Shown here in pieces: positions 36,342-44,842 of a DNA stretch of 50,892 nucleotides. The stretch is from an uncultured archaeon. Its GTDB lineage: Archaea > Aenigmatarchaeota > Aenigmatarchaeia > GW2011-AR5. Under the pieces are notes generated by a model, which was not told the DNA's origin, did no database searches, and worked only from the letters and a program-made list of their open reading frames with translations. How positions within the stretch are numbered: the stretch's first letter is position 1; each line of letters starts with the position of its first letter. The position numbers and the translations under genes were made by a program. The DNA lies in contig CAYJUT010000001.1 in assembly GCA_964373415.1 (NCBI GenBank), positions 1 to 50,892 on the forward strand, written 5' to 3'.

Positions 36342-38084
36342 ATGTACATATTAGGAATATCATGCTATTACCACGATGCCGCGGCTGCTATAATAAAGGA
36401 CGGTATAGTCATCGCAGCGGCAGAAGAAGAAAGATTCACAAGGAAAAAGCATGATACGAGATTTCCGATAAATGCAATAAATTACTGCCTAAATGAAGCC
36501 AAAATAACGGCTGACAAAATATCTTATATAGGATTCTACGAAAAGCCGATGATAAAATTCGAGAGGTTAATGAGTCAGCACTTCCAAATGTTTCCGAGAT
36601 CTTTTCCCGTATTCGTCAAGTCTGTACCTTCATGGCTAACTGAAAAGTTAAGAGTACCAACAACAATAAGGAAGAAGCTAAATTACAATGGCGAAATACT
36701 TTTTGTAGAGCATCATATGTCACATGCTGCCAGCGCTTATCTTGTATCACCATTCAAAAAATCTGCTATTATGACGATTGACGGCGTCGGGGAATGGGCC
36801 ACGACCACGTTAGGGTTTGGTGAAGGGAACAAAATAAGACTCATGAAGGAGATTCACTTTCCGCATTCATTGGGGCTTCTTTATAGCACCGTAACAGCTT
36901 ACTTAGGATTTAAGGTGAATAATGACGAATACAAAGTCATGGGTCTTTCTGCTTATGGAAATCCAACATATTACGACAAATTCAAAAAAATAATAAAAGT
37001 CGTGGATGATGGTAGTTACAAATTAGATATGTCATATTTTGTTTACCACTATAAAACTAGTATGCCCAGTAATAGATTTATAGAAGAGTTCGGACCTGCG
37101 AGAAAAAATGAAACGTCCATAGATCAGCGTCATAAAGACATAGCAGCATCACTACAAAAAATAACAGAAGAAGTAATAATAAAAATGGCCAATAACTTGT
37201 ATAAAATTACAAAATGTGAAAATCTCTGTATGGCTGGTGGAGTGGCACTTAACAGTGTGGCGAATGGTAAGATACTGAAAAATACATCATTCAGTAATAT
37301 ATACATACAACCTGCAGCAAGTGATGCCGGAAATTCATTGGGTGTTGCATTTTACATTTATAATACAATACTAGGGAAAGAAAGGGTATTTGTACAGGAC
37401 TCAGCATATTTTGGACCGTCGTTCAGCAATGCAGAAATATTAGACTACCTTATAAAAAATAAAATAGAATTCACTGACTTGAAAAATGATGAGAATGTAG
37501 CAAAAAAGGCATCAGAGCTTATCAATAATAACAAAGTAGTTGGTTGGTTCCAGGGAAGGATGGAATGGGGACCAAGAGCCTTGGGCTCAAGAAGCATTCT
37601 ATCGAATCCGTGCAATCCTGAAATGAAGAACATACTAAATGCGAAAGTAAAGCATAGAGAAATGTTCAGACCTTTTGCGCCCGCAATTTTAGAAGAAGAT
37701 GCAAAAAAATATTTCGACTGTGACTATCCGATTCCACTGCCGACAGATTTTATGCTAATGGTATATCCAATAAAGAAAGGGAAGCAAAACCTGTTGCCAT
37801 CTGTTGTACATGTTGATGGATCTGGCAGGTTACAGACTGTAAGAAAAAGCCAAAATCCAAGGTATTATAATGTGATAAAAGAATTTGAAAAACTGAGTGG
37901 AGTTCCAATAATAATAAATACGTCATTCAATATAAGGGGCGAACCGATAGTGTGTACACCGCATGATGCTTACAAATGCATGATGGGAACTGGTATAGAC
38001 TGTCTTATCATGGAAAATTTTCTGATATTTAGAGAAGACAACAGGAAAGATATGTGGGACAGCGAGAAAAACGCTAGGGACTAA
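36342..38084 (+). CDS. Carbamoyltransferase (NodU/CmcH family)
   Basis: It starts MYILGISCYYHDAAAAIIKDG, has the HH motif (VEHHMSHAASAY) and ends with a YrdC/Kae1-like region. Confidence 0.9.
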   Translation: MYILGISCYYHDAAAAIIKDGIVIAAAEEERFTRKKHDTRFPINAINYCLNEAKITADKISYIGFYEKPMIKFERLMSQHFQMFPRSFPVFVKSVPSWLTEKLRVPTTIRKKLNYNGEILFVEHHMSHAASAYLVSPFKKSAIMTIDGVGEWATTTLGFGEGNKIRLMKEIHFPHSLGLLYSTVTAYLGFKVNNDEYKVMGLSAYGNPTYYDKFKKIIKVVDDGSYKLDMSYFVYHYKTSMPSNRFIEEFGPARKNETSIDQRHKDIAASLQKITEEVIIKMANNLYKITKCENLCMAGGVALNSVANGKILKNTSFSNIYIQPAASDAGNSLGVAFYIYNTILGKERVFVQDSAYFGPSFSNAEILDYLIKNKIEFTDLKNDENVAKKASELINNNKVVGWFQGRMEWGPRALGSRSILSNPCNPEMKNILNAKVKHREMFRPFAPAILEEDAKKYFDCDYPIPLPTDFMLMVYPIKKGKQNLLPSVVHVDGSGRLQTVRKSQNPRYYNVIKEFEKLSGVPIIINTSFNIRGEPIVCTPHDAYKCMMGTGIDCLIMENFLIFREDNRKDMWDSEKNARD

Positions 38085-39148
38085 ACTATCCCAATTCTTT
38101 TCAATTCTGAATATATAAAATTACCTACCTTTTCACTGCCTTTTATACTAAAATGACCATCGTATAGAGAAACGTAATCATCAAATTCTGTTACAACAGA
38201 AGACGTGTCTATGTAGGAAATATTTTTATAGTTAAGATATTCTATAAGCATCATTCTAGGTCTGCTCATTTCTTTTTGGGAAATATAATTTTTATGTACG
38301 CCGTTCCAATAGTTGTAAAACTGTTTATTTATTCCCCTAGAATCGTCCACTATAACTATTAAAAATTTTGTCCCGTTTTTTGCAGAGTACTCGTTCAGTT
38401 TATCTAATAAAAATACAGTCCTGCTAAAAATATTTTCAGTAGTTTTAATGTAATTTATTGTTCCGTATGTTGTATAGTTTTCTCTATTTACTATGTTTAC
38501 ATAAAACGGTGCGGTAAATGAGGCAAAAATTCTGTATACACCACTTTTTTGGTTTAGAAATAATTTGATCTGTTCCAATGTGGTAGGCTGCATATATTTT
38601 TCTTTTATAATCATAGTTCCATTCTCAATATACGTCATGTTGTTTTGTGTAGTATCCAAAAAATCGTTAGCTATTGTAAATTGGAGAATAAGTATATCTG
38701 GGTTGTATTTGTAACCCTCCTTAACATAGTACAAATATTCGTTATCAGTTCCCCATGCTTCCACGCCGCGATTTATAACCTCCCATCTTGAAGAAGAATT
38801 ATTGTTAAGATCATTGGAAAGTAATGTAGTATACATTTTATCAGATGGCACCGCATTATTGACAGTCATAGAATCGCCTATTACCATAATACGTTTGGTA
38901 TTATTCTGCTTTGAATAGTTATACTCGGCGCTTCTGAACCCATTAGAATTTATTACAAGATCGCTTGTATAGTTAGAAAAACGGTCGGTTCTGTTAAGGT
39001 GAGGTATGTAAATGTGGTGAAAATTATCATCGAATTGCACACTCGAGTAGTAAACATAAATCAAGGAATGCAACAATAACTCGGCCAAGGCAAAAAAGAA
39101 CGCTACAAAAATGATAAATTTGGCAGCTTGAACAAGTTTAATTCTCAA
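38081..39148 (-). CDS. Membrane-anchored SGNH/GDSL-type hydrolase or acyltransferase-like protein
   Basis: It has an N-terminal TM segment and a GDS block (IMVIGDSMTVNN). The TTG start is preceded by GGGTGAT. It overlaps the carbamoyltransferase gene convergently by 4 nt. Confidence 0.6.
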   Translation of the reverse strand: MRIKLVQAAKFIIFVAFFFALAELLLHSLIYVYYSSVQFDDNFHHIYIPHLNRTDRFSNYTSDLVINSNGFRSAEYNYSKQNNTKRIMVIGDSMTVNNAVPSDKMYTTLLSNDLNNNSSSRWEVINRGVEAWGTDNEYLYYVKEGYKYNPDILILQFTIANDFLDTTQNNMTYIENGTMIIKEKYMQPTTLEQIKLFLNQKSGVYRIFASFTAPFYVNIVNRENYTTYGTINYIKTTENIFSRTVFLLDKLNEYSAKNGTKFLIVIVDDSRGINKQFYNYWNGVHKNYISQKEMSRPRMMLIEYLNYKNISYIDTSSVVTEFDDYVSLYDGHFSIKGSEKVGNFIYSELKRIGIV

Positions 39149-39160
39149 AATATCACCCGA

Positions 39161-40243
39161 TTAAAATGTTACTTTGTACAGTTTGACCTCTCCACCCCAG
39201 TTGTTGACAAATTCGAAATGCTGCAATCCGGCTCCGTTGTACAAGAACATCCTGGTGAACATCGAGTTCTCAAGTTGTGGTGGGATAAACAATACATTGC
39301 TATTGCCAGGTTCCACCCAAAGCGTACCATCTATTATGGCATCGTCCTGCGTATACAGTCTACCAGCACCATTTGAATCGAAATATACAAAGTTCCTTAA
39401 CTTCAGTGGTTGTGCTGTTCCCTGTTGTTGCAAGAATACAATTACAGTGCTATTTGTTACGTAAACAACAAATGATTCCTGCTGGGACAGTGGATAAGTG
39501 TAAATTATTGCATTCTGTCTTACGTCTGGTCTTGCACTGGCAAGCGCCGCTGTGTTATAAACATAAGGCGTACCTCTCTTGTCTACAGGATTCCATGTTG
39601 CAAAATATGTCCACCATGTACTCTTTCCTATTAAATCAGAAGATGCTATATAGTACATTGAATTGCAACCAGGTTTTCTATACTCCTTAAGTATATCCAA
39701 AGCCAGTGTCTCATTAGATGTAAGAAGTGTGGTAGATATGTCCTGTATTCTGGCCGTTGTCTTGTTTCTGTCTTTATATAGAACTATGTGATTGATATTG
39801 CTGTCATATTGTTCAACCTTAACACCATCTTCCGTATAATTGGCAGAACGTGTATAGAGATTACCTTGAGATGCTCCATCAAAAACTACAGCTCTTCTCG
39901 CTATACCGGTTATGAAATGTCCAGGGTCCCAGTAGGTCGCTACAACTGCACACTCTGGTGTGTTTTCCTTGATCCACGTCAAGGCCTGGTACCAGTTATC
40001 AGAAAGTACAGTGCCCTGGTTCTTTCCTATGTAAATAGCTGGCTGTAAATAAAGAAAATATAATTCGGTAAATACAAAAAATACGGCAATTGCCAAGACA
40101 AAATCACGTTTAGTTATATTTTTTGTCAAGAAAAGAAAAATTCCTAGTACCATAAGAACTGAAATACCTATCAGTAAATCAAAAAATACTATCACGATTG
40201 GCAAAATAATTGTCGTGAATTGGAAAATATTTTCTTTCTTCAT
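39161..40243 (-). CDS. aglB: AglB/STT3 oligosaccharyltransferase, C-terminal part (last TM segments, WWDYG-type motif and soluble domain)
   Basis: It reads WYQALTWIKENTPECAVVATYWDPGHFITGIARRAVVFDG, so the WWDYG motif is degenerate as YWDPG. The ATG at 40243 lies one nucleotide after the upstream TAA. Confidence 0.75.
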   Translation of the reverse strand: MKKENIFQFTTIILPIVIVFFDLLIGISVLMVLGIFLFLTKNITKRDFVLAIAVFFVFTELYFLYLQPAIYIGKNQGTVLSDNWYQALTWIKENTPECAVVATYWDPGHFITGIARRAVVFDGASQGNLYTRSANYTEDGVKVEQYDSNINHIVLYKDRNKTTARIQDISTTLLTSNETLALDILKEYRKPGCNSMYYIASSDLIGKSTWWTYFATWNPVDKRGTPYVYNTAALASARPDVRQNAIIYTYPLSQQESFVVYVTNSTVIVFLQQQGTAQPLKLRNFVYFDSNGAGRLYTQDDAIIDGTLWVEPGNSNVLFIPPQLENSMFTRMFLYNGAGLQHFEFVNNWGGEVKLYKVTF

Positions 40244-40244
40244 A

Positions 40245-41651
40245 TTAATCACTTAAAGTCTTGTCCTCGCCAGTTGCCATGCGTATTATTTTTGAAAATA
40301 TTATGGCGGATCCTATTGCCAGCGGTGCTGAAAATAATATGCTGAACCTGACAGCCACTACTGTGGCGAGAAATGGCCCAAGGAACCAAACAAGCAGGAG
40401 CAGGACTGTATCTATGTGCTCCCTCTTTTTGTAATAGGAATAAAGAAGGTATATCAGCGTGTATATCATCAGGAAAAACGACGACAACAAAATAAGCGGG
40501 CCGCCTACGACACTCGTCCGTTCTATTATTTCTCTTGGGCCGCCAGATTGCTGTAGCTCTGCCACAGATACATAAACATTAGGGAATTGTACATCCTCTC
40601 CTTTTATCGATTGGAATTGGATCGGTCCAGCTAGTGCGCTGTCTATTTTGGATAATCCATAAGAGGGAATTGTCAGGACAAACGCCAATATCATATAAAG
40701 CAAGAAGCTCATCACTATGTATTTCGTATCATGCCATGCCATTTTAATATTTCTTCTTTTCAAAATCGTAAAAATTATCTTTAGAATTATAAAGCCAGCA
40801 AACAACCAGAAAATATACCAATAACCAGCCCATGTAGAGTACCAAACCCATAGAACTATACCAGTCAATATTGAGTAAAGTAGAAGTTTTTTATTAAATG
40901 ATTCGGCCAGGCTCGCATATTTGTATGTGAGTATAAGTGCTGCCATGGTTATCATCGACATTAGGATGACGATCGCATCCGAGTCCGGGTCGCCGCCTAA
41001 GGAGCGTGACAAGTTGCTTATATCGAAGACATAGATGAATGCGGCAAACACACCTGCCTTCCTGTCATAAAGCGCTTTACCTATGAAATAAAGCGGTATT
41101 ACGGCCAACGTAGCTAGAAATGGGGGAAAATATATAAGAAACTCCCAAAGAGGCAAGTGAACAAAGTTGTTTACAAGCATGTAGCCATAAGCGCCAATGT
41201 AAAAGTAAGGATATATCCACTGTGGGGGTCTGTAAAATCCATCTGGCGTTAGTTGATAAACGTCTAACGTCGGTAAAACGCCATTGTTTTGTACAATCTC
41301 GTCTATCCATCTGTAAAATACATAAGAATCTATATTGCGTAAGTAGGGCCATCTGTAATCTACAAGACGAACGTACATGGACAATAGTATAATGATTACT
41401 ATTGCAATTATTGTCCATCTGTTTTTTAATAAGTGAATTAATTTCTCTCGTTTATGTGTCTTTTGATGTGTATGAACGTACATGTAATACAAAAGTGCAC
41501 CAACCAATGGCAGAATTAAAGTTAGAGCTATCCATTTTTTAGGTTTTTTAGTTTTTAGGATGTCGGAAACTGTCCATACAAAAGAAGTTATCCATAAGGC
41601 GATTAGAATAATCAAAGATGTTGCGATTACCCCAACAATTTCATGTGTCAT
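40245..41651 (-). CDS. aglB: AglB/STT3 oligosaccharyltransferase, N-terminal transmembrane part
   Basis: Polytopic protein. It has an EL1-like loop (RLVDYRWPYLRNIDSYVFYRW..NG) and the EL5 SVSE/TIXE-type motif (YVSVAELQQSGG). Confidence 0.7.
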   Translation of the reverse strand: MTHEIVGVIATSLIILIALWITSFVWTVSDILKTKKPKKWIALTLILPLVGALLYYMYVHTHQKTHKREKLIHLLKNRWTIIAIVIIILLSMYVRLVDYRWPYLRNIDSYVFYRWIDEIVQNNGVLPTLDVYQLTPDGFYRPPQWIYPYFYIGAYGYMLVNNFVHLPLWEFLIYFPPFLATLAVIPLYFIGKALYDRKAGVFAAFIYVFDISNLSRSLGGDPDSDAIVILMSMITMAALILTYKYASLAESFNKKLLLYSILTGIVLWVWYSTWAGYWYIFWLFAGFIILKIIFTILKRRNIKMAWHDTKYIVMSFLLYMILAFVLTIPSYGLSKIDSALAGPIQFQSIKGEDVQFPNVYVSVAELQQSGGPREIIERTSVVGGPLILLSSFFLMIYTLIYLLYSYYKKREHIDTVLLLLVWFLGPFLATVVAVRFSILFSAPLAIGSAIIFSKIIRMATGEDKTLSD

Positions 41652-41691
41652 TTTTATCTTATAAGAGGTTTAGGCAGAAACTTTAAAAGCC

Positions 41692-42243
41692 CTAATTTTT
41701 CTTCCCTACAGCTATGTAATTCATGCCAAACTCAAATTTTTTGGAGATCAATATTCTAAATCCTGTACTTTTAAGCAGTTTTTCTATTTCCTCCAAGGTA
41801 AAATAACGTTTATGATCTTTTGTTGTTTTCTCTTCTGTAAAACCGAAGTTTACCAGAAGCTCCCAGAAAGGTTTTGCCCGTGACATAGGAGTTGTTATTA
41901 TTATAATTCCGCTTTTTCTCAGAACCCTATTACATTCGTACAATATTTTTACCGGTTTATCTATGTGTTCTATAAAGGCGATCATTGTCACTACATCGAA
42001 AGATCCCGGCCTGAATGGAAGTTTGTCAAAGATAAGTGTTTTTTTTATAGTTATATTGTCTTTTTTTAGATTTTTTACGGCTATATCGATGCCAACTCCT
42101 GATTTAATTTTATCTTTGACTTCGTCGAGGAGATAAAAATCTCTGCCACAGCCAACATCCAGAACTTCTGAATTCTTAGGTATGTAATTCATTACTTTCT
42201 TATTTCGTATAACGCGGAAAATTTTAACAAAAATTTTTGTCAT
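41692..42243 (-). CDS. Class I SAM-dependent methyltransferase
   Basis: Motif I (VLDVGCGRD) is present, as is the acidic loop DVVTMIAFIEH. Confidence 0.8.
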   Translation of the reverse strand: MTKIFVKIFRVIRNKKVMNYIPKNSEVLDVGCGRDFYLLDEVKDKIKSGVGIDIAVKNLKKDNITIKKTLIFDKLPFRPGSFDVVTMIAFIEHIDKPVKILYECNRVLRKSGIIIITTPMSRAKPFWELLVNFGFTEEKTTKDHKRYFTLEEIEKLLKSTGFRILISKKFEFGMNYIAVGKKN

Positions 42244-42310
42244 TCTATCAGTCCCTTGTATCGCAATATTACGAATAATCTTATTTAAGTTGTCTGTTTA
42301 TAGATTTTGT

Positions 42311-42967
42311 ATGTTTTTGTCAGTTATAATACCAACCATAAATGAGGAAAAATCGATAGGCAGTACAATAAAAAGAGTTGGGAAACACCTGAAAAATATC
42401 CGTCACGAAATAATAATAGTTGATACAAATTCTACTGATAAAACAGTAAAAATAGCTAAATCACTTGGTTCAAATGTAATAAACGAACCGAGAAGAGGAT
42501 ATGGACAGGCATATAAAACAGGCTTTAAACATGTAAAAGGTGATATCATCGCGACACTCGATGCGGATTCGACATATCCTGTAGAAAGTATACTTAATCT
42601 AGTAGATACTTTAGAAAAATATAATGTTGATTTCGTGAGCGGTATGCGAAAACGCTCGGAAAATATGAGCCTGTTGCATAAGTTTGGAAATTGGGTTATA
42701 ACAACATGGATAAACATTATGTTCTTTACAAGATTTTCAGATTCGCAGTCTGGTATGTGGGTATTTAGAAAAAGTCTCCTGAAGAGAATGAATTTGACAA
42801 ACAGTCGGTGGCCATTCTCCGGTGAAATAAAAATTGAAGCGTGGAAAAACGGAAAATTTCTAGAAGTTCCAATAGAATATAGAACACGAAGAGGAGAGTC
42901 AAAAGTCAGGAGCTGGAAAGTGGGCTGGGAAAACATAGTATTTTATTTTAAGAAAAGATTTAGATGA
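42311..42967 (+). CDS. GT2 glycosyltransferase, polyprenyl-phosphate sugar synthase-like
   Basis: It has LSVIIPTINEEKSI and ATLDADSTYP. The tracker start at 42290 is TTG, so the ATG at 42311 is preferred. Confidence 0.8.
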   Translation: MFLSVIIPTINEEKSIGSTIKRVGKHLKNIRHEIIIVDTNSTDKTVKIAKSLGSNVINEPRRGYGQAYKTGFKHVKGDIIATLDADSTYPVESILNLVDTLEKYNVDFVSGMRKRSENMSLLHKFGNWVITTWINIMFFTRFSDSQSGMWVFRKSLLKRMNLTNSRWPFSGEIKIEAWKNGKFLEVPIEYRTRRGESKVRSWKVGWENIVFYFKKRFR

Positions 42968-42973
42968 CCTACT

Positions 42974-43620
42974 CCCTGCGGTTGAAACCGCAGGTTTCTG
43001 CTAGGGTCATAGGAACTCAACGCCGTGGTGGGTCTGCTGGCTCAGCACGTACTGAATTGCTTTTTCTTCATCAAGTCCAACAGTTCGCGCCATGTATCCA
43101 CGTGACCAGAAATGTCCCTTTGGATAGCGAAGCCTGAAGTGCTCCTTCACGCGAAAGATTTTCCATGCGGAAAATCCTTTCAGCAGCTTCGCTGCCCTTT
43201 CCTCGTCAGTGCCCTTTGGCAACTCGACGACAACGTGCACATGATCAGGCATGACCTCGATAGCAAGCAGCTTTATGTGATGCCTGCAGGCCGCTTGCCT
43301 TATGCATGCTTCGACAAGCCTGCGATTCTCCTCCTTTCGCATCATGTCGTACCTGTATTTTGTGCACCATTCGATGTGCCATACGCTCCGTCTCGCGCAG
43401 TGATTTTCCATAGCCAAGGCTAATTGCATCCAAACCAACTCCTTTTTATGTCAGAACGAGCAAAGCTACAGCTAGTGAGAACTGCGAGCTATGTGCTCGG
43501 GGCGGCCTTCGGGCTGCTCCTTATAGTCATTTGTAAAACAGATTAGAAAAAGATGGTGGCGGCAATTCATTCACCGCTTGTTGCGAACCTTGTCAAAGCG
43601 GTGGATTTTTTGCCGCAGGG
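42974..43620 (-). mobile_element. IS200/IS605-family (or RAYT-like) element with a Y1 HUH transposase only
   Basis: GC-rich block: I counted 31/60 G+C at 43021-43080 against 20/60 at 42901-42960. It fills the whole convergent intergenic gap. The 8-nt inverted ends are CCCTGCGG (42974-42981) and CCGCAGGG (43613-43620), and both ends carry subterminal hairpins. Confidence 0.75.
43007..43429 (-). CDS. tnpA: IS200-like Y1 (HUH) transposase
   Basis: It has the HUH motif PDHVHVVV and the catalytic Tyr in WSRGYMARTVG. The N-terminus reads HIEWCTKYRY. An AAGGAG SD lies 9-10 nt upstream of the ATG at 43429. Confidence 0.85.
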   Translation of the reverse strand: MQLALAMENHCARRSVWHIEWCTKYRYDMMRKEENRRLVEACIRQAACRHHIKLLAIEVMPDHVHVVVELPKGTDEERAAKLLKGFSAWKIFRVKEHFRLRYPKGHFWSRGYMARTVGLDEEKAIQYVLSQQTHHGVEFL

Positions 43621-43621
43621 T

Positions 43622-44791
43622 TTAAAATAAAGGTGTATATAAAAATGGTATACTAATTCTTTCTGTCACGTGCAGAATGATAGAACCAGCCATTAGTAAT
43701 ACAAAAAACGCATAAAGCATAATAATGAAATATTTTGTTTTCCTATCTTTTTCGATAAATGACAATGCCATAAAGGCTGGAAATGCTATGAGTACGTAAC
43801 GTGTAAATCCGTATAAGTTCGAAGATATTAAGATTATTAACATGTTTAGTGCAAAATAAATAGTATATTCATGTTTCAGCTTCTTGTAAGAAATGTATAA
43901 CAAAACGAAGAACATTGCGACAATTGCCAATGTAAAAATATGATACGCCATGTTGATCAAAGTCGTGTCAACAAATATAGCTCTTATAGAAAAAATTATA
44001 CCTTCCCATGGTAAACTAAGAGATTTCCCAAAATTAACGGCAGATTTGAACTGTATCAGAGCGTTGCCTGTAATCAGATACTCATAAAACATAAAGGTTG
44101 CTACGCCTATCGGCATGCCAAGCAGATAAAGTATATCAGACTTTATCTTATTCAGACTGAATTTTGTGCCTCGTAAGTAAATGTAAAGAACCGGAAATAT
44201 TAATAAAATACCTTGCATCCTTGTTAACACGATAAAAAATCCGAGGATCCCAACAATGAGCCAGTTCTTTTTTTTAGCGAAATAAAAAATAGATACCGAC
44301 AAAAACAAGAAAAGTGATTCTGTATACATCATGGTGAAATAGAAGGCTGTTGGAAAAAATAATATGTAAATTACTGTACTTTTTGCCATTTCTTTTCCGA
44401 GTTCTTCCTTCATAAGCAACCAGAGGACTGTGATTGCAAAGAAAGATGCCATGTTGGATATGAGGAACGCAGCAAGCGGGTACCCGATGAACCCGAAAAT
44501 ATGTATCAGAAGAGGGTAAAGTGGGTACCAGTGATAGTTAGGTGCTACATATTCTCCAAAATTATCTCTGTATCCGTTTTCTGCTATATCCAAGTAAGCC
44601 GTTGCATCGTATTGTGCGAACGGATTCAAAAATAAATTGTCTGTGATTTTTTCGGTATGTGTTATTTCAGCGGGCACAAAAAATTGCGTCCCGACGGCTA
44701 TGAAAATTACAAATATTTTATAAACAACGAATATTAGGAGGATCTTCCTGAATTCTCGGTCGTTTAGCAGGCTTCTAAATTTCGATGCCAT
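43622..44791 (-). CDS. GT-C membrane mannosyltransferase-like protein (PIG-V/DUF2029-type)
   Basis: Polytopic protein. The first loop reads YDATAYLDIAENGY...YHWYPLYPLL, as in PIG-V-like transferases. Confidence 0.6.
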   Translation of the reverse strand: MASKFRSLLNDREFRKILLIFVVYKIFVIFIAVGTQFFVPAEITHTEKITDNLFLNPFAQYDATAYLDIAENGYRDNFGEYVAPNYHWYPLYPLLIHIFGFIGYPLAAFLISNMASFFAITVLWLLMKEELGKEMAKSTVIYILFFPTAFYFTMMYTESLFLFLSVSIFYFAKKKNWLIVGILGFFIVLTRMQGILLIFPVLYIYLRGTKFSLNKIKSDILYLLGMPIGVATFMFYEYLITGNALIQFKSAVNFGKSLSLPWEGIIFSIRAIFVDTTLINMAYHIFTLAIVAMFFVLLYISYKKLKHEYTIYFALNMLIILISSNLYGFTRYVLIAFPAFMALSFIEKDRKTKYFIIMLYAFFVLLMAGSIILHVTERISIPFLYTPLF

Positions 44792-44842
44792 AAGTAGACT
44801 ACCAAATAATGAACATAAAAAGCTTAAAACAAAACTTAGCCA

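Noticed and set aside
40241-40252. The AglB split as a trivial sequencing frameshift.
   Set aside because: Each frame is closed by its own stop within a few nucleotides of the junction, and the TAAnATG spacing matches other coupled genes here. A single indel is therefore an unlikely explanation. It is kept as a finding, and read-level confirmation is still required.
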